A DNA stretch of 64,000 nucleotides from Balanoglossus misakiensis. Lineage: Eukaryota; Animalia; Hemichordata. The stretch is taken from NCBI GenBank assembly GCA_040954595.2, contig CM082581.2:2844699-2908698 (forward strand), in the 5' to 3' direction. This document shows, one piece after another, positions 59,301 to 64,000 of the stretch. A program made the position numbers and the translations under genes. Positions within the stretch are counted from its first letter, which is position 1. Each line of letters opens with the position of its first letter. The notes beneath the pieces were generated by a model. That model was not told the origin of the DNA, searched no databases, and was given only the letters and a program-made list of their open reading frames with translations.

Positions 59301-61772
59301 TTTAATGACTCATGAAGGTACATGATACAGCATTGCAGTAAGTGTTGTGTTGTGTTGTGTTGTGTTGGGTTGTGTTGTGTTGTGTGGCATTGTGCTGTGT
59401 AGTGTAGTGTTGTGGTGTGCTGTGTTGTGTAGTATAATGTACTGTACTGTAATTTCATGTGTTGTGTTGTGCTATGCTGTACATGTACTTTTCTTTATTA
59501 TGGCATTGCTTGTGCTGCACTGTAGCAGTAGTCAGTGATGTACATGACATACAACACTGAATCAGATGAAGTACAACATATTTGTCAGTCTGTGAGTAGT
59601 TAAAGACGATGGCTCACTAGTATGCTTTGGTTACTGAGTAACTTTAGAGATGTTCTGCTCATACACACATGTACTCAAACCCCATGATTTTATTCTCATC
59701 TAGCAGCTAGCTTTTATTTGGATTTTTTCAGGATTTTAGTTTAGACCTGAACAGCACTGTCATGTCTTAGTTAACTTGTAAGTTTGTTTAAAAATTCATG
59801 CATATATATTTGACATTTGAGACCCCAATTATTTTGACTTCAGGTTTCCTGTGACAGAAGACACAGAGACACCATCACCAAGTTCTCCAACCACAATGTC
59901 ACCAACTAAACTACATGTAGCACATTCACCAACCAAGGCTGTGCCATGTACAACCAGACGTGCATCAGAGTCCGATATTACTGGCACTCCAACAAAAGGT
60001 AAAATGAGACAATATACAAACCCGCCCAAAATGATCTATGCACCTCACAAATTTCTCATGATAACTAAATCATAAAATCTGCCGACTGTGACATATTTCC
60101 GAAAATAAATAACCTACAGGAGGTTTAGCCCATTTTAGTCAATACTGATGTGTTGTCGCACTGAATATGACTGCATACGAAGAGTTTTCTGGCTGGTGAC
60201 AATTTGTATGGTTATTTAAATGGTGGCATACTTTTGGCACCATAGATTGATACATCTTAGGACAATGTCTTTGTGTCAAGTTTCAACTGAAATTATTCCA
60301 AAAATGTATGAGCTCTGTACAGACAGACAGAAAAAGTATGATGTTGAAATCTCTAGCCTTCATCACAGAGATTTGTTCAGGGAAAGTACGGTACGATTCA
60401 AACCTTTCTCTTACACTCAGGCTGCCCTGCTCGCGCGATCACAATGACTGTCTTCCCTTGTCAATTTAGACAAGGTATGAGGTTAGGCTGCACAGGGGTT
60501 TGTTCATTTTGCCCTGATATGCTATTTTTATGTGCCAATTTCACAGACACATGCATTGCACATCAAATTTTGCCTCAGAAGTGAGGATGATTTATACCCA
60601 ATGAAATGTGGTTTCAGGCTTGTCAGAACTTCTCCTTTAAAAGTCAGTGTGAGCAGAGTAGTCTGAGTGTTCCGGTTAGAATTGTATCTGTAAGAGAAAG
60701 ACAGAAGAGCTGACAGACAACACACTCATTCAGTTTCTATCAAATTAGTATTTCTCTACTTTCCCTGAATAAATACCTGTGCCTCCATCCATGGGGACCA
60801 AAAGAGGGTAGATTGCTGTAGCAGAGTATCTGTATGTAACTACACAAACTTGTAAATCCTACAGTTCCCTTCACCTGTACACCAATCTACTGGTAAGATC
60901 CAAATAGTTCTTCAAGAGTAATTGTGACAAATTTTAATTGTTCCAATGATTGACAGGTGGGAGTCTTCCAAGCAGTGGAAGTGGAAGTGGTGGTGTCACA
61001 AAATCCAATCTGTCGATCATACCAGTGGTGACACAGAGCAGTATAGATATGTTGGTAAGACAAACAATTCATCAATCAATCAAAATAAACATTTATAAAG
61101 CGCCAGAATCAATGACAATGTTATTTCCAAAGGCGCTGAAAGTTTAACCTCAGTGTTCGTAGGCTTTGACAAATAGAAATGTCTTGAGTTTTTGTTTGAA
61201 AATGTTTAGACTAGAAGCCTGTTGAATGTCAGATGGCAGAGAATTCCAAAGTTGTTGTGCAACAACGGAAAATGCACGTCCACCATATGTTTTGAGTGTG
61301 TAGTTCTGCTTCCTTGAACTGGAGCGCGACTAGGCTTATATGGCTTGATCAGATCCTGAATGTAGACTGGGGCGAGGCAGTTGAGAGCCTTGTTCGTTAG
61401 TAGTAGAACTCATATCAGTTGATTGACAAATACATTCACATTTTGTGCCTTTTCATATCCTTGAATATTCCATCCAAATTTGTGGTGTCTGCATTGCAAT
61501 AAGAGATCAACTGCCTTTGAAGAAGACGGTTGGAATGTGTACTTCCATTTATGTATTGATTTGATTTTGTGTGTCTTTGGGAGGTATGGTTTGAAAATAG
61601 AGCCTGATGGTTATTGAAAACAAAAATTGTTTTCAATTAACATATTTCTCTTTCCTGTATTAGGAGTATCCATTCTTCAGTATCAATCACTTCCCTCCCG
61701 GCTTTCTGGTTCATCTGGGTGGCATGGTAACAGCAAGATCTGTCAAGTTACTGGATAGAATCCACAACCCTG
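32705..61772 (+). CDS. C2CD5: C2 domain-containing protein 5 (5' part; gene continues beyond window)
   Basis: Exons 32705-32794 (MPGKLKVRVIAGRDLPVMDRAS), 46199-46285, 47976-48062, 48610-48790, 49609-49694, 55090-55159 (WIDKIRTPR), 56615-56674, 57865-58002 (FDLEGESGIVVRGIGTA), 58568-58591?, 59844-59998, 60957-61054, 61664-61772 (EYPFF...ARSVKLLD). Confidence 0.93.
33465..34490 (-). mobile_element. 5'-truncated non-LTR retrotransposon (RTE-X-like) RT 3' end with simple-repeat tail
   Basis: ORF 34489-33626: GVRQGSILSPRLF, HLLYADDIVL, YLGV; (TAA)n/(CAA)n tail near 33465-33490. Confidence 0.85.
34569..37397 (+). mobile_element. L2/CR1-group LINE, ORF2 (APE + RT) open but 5'-truncated, (ATT)n tail split by the Gypsy insertion
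   Basis: RGGGIA, VYRPP, GDFN, SDH (APE); NFRPVSNLPFLSK, LDLSAAFD, GVPQGSVLGP, YADD; LHWLPV, GDRAF...LWNNLP; tail resumes at 45135-45153. Confidence 0.92.
37398..38189 (+). repeat. 5' LTR
   Basis: TGTCGCCGGG...GTGCCACA, matches 44343-45134. Confidence 0.97.
38192..38210 (+). other. Primer-binding site, tRNA-His type
   Basis: TGGTGCCGAGACCAGGATT, 2 nt after the LTR; one mismatch to the remembered complement of the invertebrate tRNA-His 3' end (TGGTGCCGTGACCAGGATT). Confidence 0.7.
38508..39842 (+). CDS. gag: Gag (PNMA-like capsid, CCHC zinc knuckle)
   Basis: 444-aa ORF: PIFSG...VEDWI...LSGEARKLV; CHRCGGKGHIAKGC. Confidence 0.92.
   Translation: MSSSLLPNMQNTTVDDLMTFDLVEGDDIQNPREAVPPTPQQPPITMTTPHRPVNQGNYDPNTPHSQPVMQQPSMFLASSNLFQPNFQSTPYFCPQPAVPPVQPSFQPALNPPPVSQYRMNSSHQVRGVPIFSGNPDGKVLVEDWIRDIQYLFEAGTMPEYLQFATIIRHLSGEARKLVLNLPPSQQTLSRAFDELRAEYGEGCLSMDPMGSFYERRQRSDESASSYAIALEDMLRQVEERMNRGRPYMDRDYKLTQQFMKGLHDQSVFNRLAPMKPRQMTFAELRAELRHLAREGRQTANKSKKGQTQPHFARDNHDQTGNQSVSFIPDQTPGVDQSMAQVTQLLQQIALNQEQQAARLAKLEAKATNAPKQPSDQSSSTPMCTAGKPDPAAANRKPAPRFDENTVCHRCGGKGHIAKGCCSKPIQKSRGSPSGAGHHTATPLN
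39764..44227 (+). CDS. pol: Pol (protease-RT-RNase H-integrase), expressed via -1 frameshift
   Basis: LVDTGSQVT, SPYASP, RICIDYRELN, YLDD, TDAS, HHCC zinc motif, IDF/TDHFSR/DQGRNF/GMTER integrase motifs; no internal stops. Confidence 0.95.
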   Translation: MLFQTHPEVQGITQWCWTSYSYTFKLVQPVEEGHSAGVDTVSPPRQQKADSLQVRSGVEVVDQLVGPLNETLVEVNGIKCSTLVDTGSQVTTVTEDFLQSHPQLSSRTLESADITIEGAGGQSVPHYGVTRLDLTFLGRTYKQVPVFVVPHTAYRKKVPLLIGTNVIRTSRNDLRAIHGHCYHSQVKRTSEVWYSAYRQVGKTELGGKSGLIGQAKYRGRRPMTIPPGEEAHIPCRVPRGPARMMYTALIEGPQTRCVPDGLAIGRVLADIDGGQTSVRVCNYSSKPLVIWPKTCVAELHAVESEDDLPALREPRKSDKHKQNSTRKGRSRNRRTMQSGRDHAPPRLSPPQCQSTTQSAWDGIPPVDSSGVAADNLEQLQALKDLLRKNADVFSKHSMDYGRTTTIQHEIPLVDNQPFRLPPRRIPPTQYQEIKEHIADMESAGVIRPSKSPYASPIVIVRKKDGSPRICIDYRELNKRSIKDAFPMPRIDDALEALGQAKYFSTLDLTSGYWQMEIAEKDKYKTAFTTPMGLFEANRMPFGLTNAPASFSRLMTACLGDQNFSTVIIYLDDIIIFSRTFDEHLTRLQMVFDRLRQHGLKLKPQKCSLLQREVSYLGHRVSADGISTDPEKLKAVKEWPRPRNRKDLLKYLGFTGYYRRFIKGYSTIAAPLYRLTSGDPRKKVKGGKAPKPAPPFVWSSECEDAFCCLKDKLLSAPILGYPDFSKPFVLHTDASGEGLGAVLVQNQEGRDRVISYCSRGLSPSETRYPAHKLEFLCLKWAITDKLRDYLYGNYFTVLTDNNPLIYVMSTAKLDATGQRWVSQLSMFNFDIKYRPGKNNANADGLSRMPREEVAQHFKAVCSMVNSKALVDGESRPEAAASDALPGMTPSMLRLCQEEDSSIQRAVFLRSSSRKPSQRQLRSESKETRLLLYQWDRLQVKDGILYRQVRPPQGAEVFQMVLPCKYRRDVFQKLHSEMGHLGLDKTLDLIRARFYWPQMFVQVKTWCEQCTRCCLRKTASNIRAPLVNIRTSEPMELVCIDFLTLEPSKGGIENILVVTDHFSRYAQAFPTPNQKASTVARILWKNLICHYGFPRRLHADQGRNFESSLIRELCSITNTVKSHTTPYHPQGNGMTERFNQTLLNMLGTLDPSQKTDWKEHVETLTHAYNCARHESTGYSPFFLMFGRCPRLPVDLVFNTSSDKEEPVEYSDYVDALRERLKIAYREASANADEARQRQKKQYDSKAKAESLSPGDRVLVQLKETGKHKIGDRWETTPYIVVKKQPDIPVYVVKSEIEDREKTVHRNMLKLCSFLPVESGGQPTRPVVGGASGPVTCATAGGTDCDSEAEGDMVELVAEPELTGLTPTEEPAVAVQPKGISSPEPLTAQMPTTGYTPDNHISVTPSTCTPGAPDASTQGQHQSSKDNPATIHTPPTDHSNTLEQPETTPRRYPQRQRRPPDRLGSYILSIVARATGHTHPEQCVGPMIEV
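44343..45134 (+). repeat. 3' LTR
   Basis: Same length as the 5' LTR and identical ORF translations. Confidence 0.97.
45155..45900 (-). mobile_element. Decayed L1/Tx1-like LINE ORF2 fragment
   Basis: Minus-strand remnants W-x-x-RNLTL...VSKLIF, FLPPFHRE, GILFVKDIF. Confidence 0.6.
46883..47868. mobile_element. Non-autonomous TTAA-flanked DNA transposon (Kolobok-like)
   Basis: TTAA|GGTAGTTGGAAAGGCTA ... TAGCCTTTCCAACTACC|TTAA, 17-bp perfect TIR. Confidence 0.85.
48136..48322. mobile_element. Small Tigger/pogo-like MITE
   Basis: TA-CAGTAAAACCTGTC ... TTTAGACAGGTTTG imperfect inverted ends. Confidence 0.5.
49802..50009. mobile_element. Tc1/mariner-type MITE with TA duplication
   Basis: TA|CTGTAAAATGGGTTATTTT ... 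AAAATAACCCATTTTACAG|TA. Confidence 0.8.
50087..51030 (-). mobile_element. Pogo/Tigger (DDE_1) transposase pseudogene
   Basis: NAWMTQ...WFFNHFVP, LLLLDQCPAHP, FLPANTTSLLQPM-x-QGIIRTFK; TA-CAGTGGACCCTCG terminus at 50087; frameshifted. Confidence 0.88.
51720..53165 (-). mobile_element. Degenerate tyrosine-recombinase ORF (YR-transposon-like)
   Basis: STVRSYLFSLGMF (N-terminal part); QRSGALMN, EHKT, CRKSMVT, HMTH...FYR give an R-K-R-H-Y catalytic pattern; frameshifted. Confidence 0.75.
53170..53500 (-). repeat. Inverted partial copy of the MITE at 23840-24560
   Basis: e.g. gaggagcctcgttccctttattgcatacagtgtacataggatcaggacggcgaatg is the near reverse complement of about 24005-24060. Confidence 0.85.
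55206..55559. mobile_element. Palindromic TTAA MITE, family A copy
   Basis: AGGGACATATTCTC...GAGAGAGACTTTGTCCCT-TTAA. Confidence 0.82.
55877..55912. repeat. (GA)n microsatellite
   Basis: Imperfect dinucleotide run. Confidence 0.9.
58834..58935. mobile_element. Truncated family A MITE
   Basis: TTAA|AGGGACAAAGTCTCTCTCTCGCTGCCC left arm only. Confidence 0.8.
58940..59320 (-). mobile_element. LINE APE endonuclease remnant
   Basis: ESMWVEVK, NIDL, QTITCPTR, IVDHLYTN, ISDISDH. Confidence 0.75.
59342..59470. repeat. (GTGTT)n degenerate microsatellite
   Basis: Pentanucleotide run. Confidence 0.92.
61070..61410 (-). mobile_element. L2-like LINE 3' end fragment
   Basis: LAPVYIQDLI, TYGGRAFSVVAQQLWNSLP...FKQKLKTFLF; (TTGA)n tail. 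Confidence 0.8.
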
Positions 61773-61800
61773 GTAAGTTACAGCAAAGATGTTACCTTAA

Positions 61801-62132
61801 AGGGACAAAGTCTCTTTCTCGCTGCCCTTTTTCCATTAATTATATTTGATACAAGACACCATTTATGTTATGCTACATTCGGATATAGTGAATGAACATT
61901 CAACCACACACACCTTCCATCCCGCTTGTAGACACAAGAGTGAAAAAATCGCCAAAATGAATAATACGAGTTTACCATTTATTCATTTTTACTCTCATAT
62001 CCTACAATTGAGATAACCGAGATGGAAGATGTGTGTCTTTGAATGTTGATTCTCTATATATCCACATGTAGAATACCATGAATGGTGTCTTGTATCAATC
62101 ATAATAAATGGAAAAAGGCCTGCGAGAGAGAG
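61801..62132. mobile_element. Family A MITE copy (right end decayed)
   Basis: TTAA|AGGGACAAAGTCTC... palindromic body. Confidence 0.8.
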
Positions 62133-63542
62133 AATTGTGAACATGTTTAAATAATAAAACAGGTGCCACATCCCTTTTTTCACCACCCAGTTGCAAGAGT
62201 ACAAAGCTATAGTGATACACGATGGGCACAAATGTGCTACAAGTAGCATCTCATTGGGCATTAATAGTCATACCTATTACCTTCAATGCCCCTGATCATT
62301 TTACATTAATTACATTTAGCCTTTAGTCTAAGAGTAACAGCATGTAAATTATCTGTATATGCCCAAAGGTAGAGTGTGCCTGTGACATTAACCCCCTGAA
62401 TCTAACATTACCCATGTGTACATTACCCAGGGATATCTTCCCAAATCTCAACCTTTGACCCAGATTGATAGTTGTGAAATATTCAAGTGGTAAAATGTCT
62501 CTGTGGAAACCTTCCTAACATTTGGCAGAGTTCAACAGCACCTAAGTGTTGAGAGAACATGATAACTGACTTTCTCTTTTTATGCTAATGGGGGAAAGAT
62601 TTTTTTGGTGTGGTGAAAGCTGATGTAAATTCAATTTGATATTGATATTTTAGTTTAATAGTGCTAAACAAGTTAGAAAGCCCTGTATCTATAACTTGGG
62701 AGCAATATTACTGAAAACATTTCTCGTCTCATCAATTGATCAATATATGGTGTAGTGCAGATGTCATACTTGTATGTATCATTAAGTTATAAAATTTGCT
62801 GATAATTTATCTCTGTTTATCTGCTACAAAAGAAAATGTTGCTTAAAGTTCAAGGATTGTCTTATGTGCATGTGCGTAATTTTGTGTGTACAAACATTAT
62901 GTCCAGTCCAAAAGTTCTGCAAATTTTGCATTAAATGCATTCAAACATTGGCTTGCCTTCACTTTTCTAGTAATCATACACACTTGCTCATATTGTACCG
63001 GTTTTCTGCATATTTGTGCATTCCATAATAAACAGTGGTGTTAAAGTTTTTTGACCAATTTCCTCATTTTTTACAGGTAAATTATTTTTAAGTGGTAAGT
63101 CTTTCCTGTCAACTGCTGCAAACATACCATTAACAGCAAAACATTTTTCTAAAGATATAAAAGGCATGACAGTTGTGTTGATGGACTGTCTCATGAAACG
63201 TCTGATATCTTCTATGCATGATGTAGACTTTTAGTTTTCGTTATTCTTCTGGTGTTTATCAGAAATGAGTCAAACAAATTGAATATCGTAACACATCAGT
63301 ATTGTGTATCTTAGCTCCATGCCAGTACATTGTATAGATCATCACTGAAGAATGGTGCTATTTCAGCCTATACAATTTTCAACACAGCACTCAGGCAGTT
63401 TTAATATGAAGGATTTTGTTCCCACTATTGTCCATATCATAAAAATATCAGACAAAGCATAATAAACAGAATGTAAATTCTATTATGACTTGACCTCATA
63501 CTGTAGTTTTTGATTAATTTGCACAATCATTCATGTAAATAA

Positions 63543-63941
63543 CCAATCTGATTAAAATCAGATATAGTGTTGTGCCCTGTCATTACCTGTGCTAGCTGAT
63601 TCTTGGCTGTTCAGAGGGGATGCACACACTACATCTTAACCTATGCCATAGGAGATCTCGTTTAAAGCTTGCGTTTTCTCAATCCAATCACAGTGGTCGA
63701 TAGAGAAGAAAACTGGAAGTGTGGAAAAAATAAACGAAATCAAACATTAGAAGCGTGTGGCGTACGCGTGGCCAGTTCCAAAGCCTTGGGAAAGCCACTC
63801 TGTGATTGGTCAAATGGATCCATTCGTTAAAACGAGATATTCTATGGCATAGGTTCAGGTGTAGTGTGGCGCGTACACTGAGACAGAGAACAGAACTGCC
63901 AAAGACAGCACCTAACTCTACATCTGATTTCAATCAGATTG
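63543..63941. mobile_element. Putative MITE with self-palindromic TIRs
   Basis: CCAATCTGATTAAAATCAGAT ... ATCTGATTTCAATCAGATTGG. Confidence 0.55.
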
Positions 63942-64000
63942 GAAAATAACAAGCCATTGACATGACGATAAACCTCAACCATGTCTGCACAACAGATCAT

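Overview
Intron-rich, AT-rich animal (probably marine invertebrate) genomic DNA, not prokaryotic. The most striking part is a compact, probably immune-related three-gene cluster in the first 20 kb. (i) A minus-strand gene of about 500 aa combines an NF-kB/Rel dimerisation (IPT)-like segment with a death domain. (ii) Divergent from it, an approximately 20-exon gene encodes an approximately 1,090-aa fusion of a degenerate SIR2_2-like domain, a DUF5753-like (actinobacterial XRE-regulator ligand-binding) domain, an intact Ser/Thr kinase and a metallo-beta-lactamase-fold hydrolase. (iii) An SMPDL3-family phosphodiesterase gene follows. Canonical kB-type motifs lie upstream of (ii) and (iii). Further along are a decayed DIRS retroelement with an ALOG domain and the head-to-head housekeeping pair CMSS1 / C2CD5. 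C2CD5 introns carry nested mobile DNA: RTE-X-, L2- and Tx1-like LINEs, a very young intact Gypsy LTR element with a -1 frameshift pseudoknot, pogo and tyrosine-recombinase remnants, and many MITEs. All exon models and domain calls come from manual translation and remembered motifs; no searches were run.
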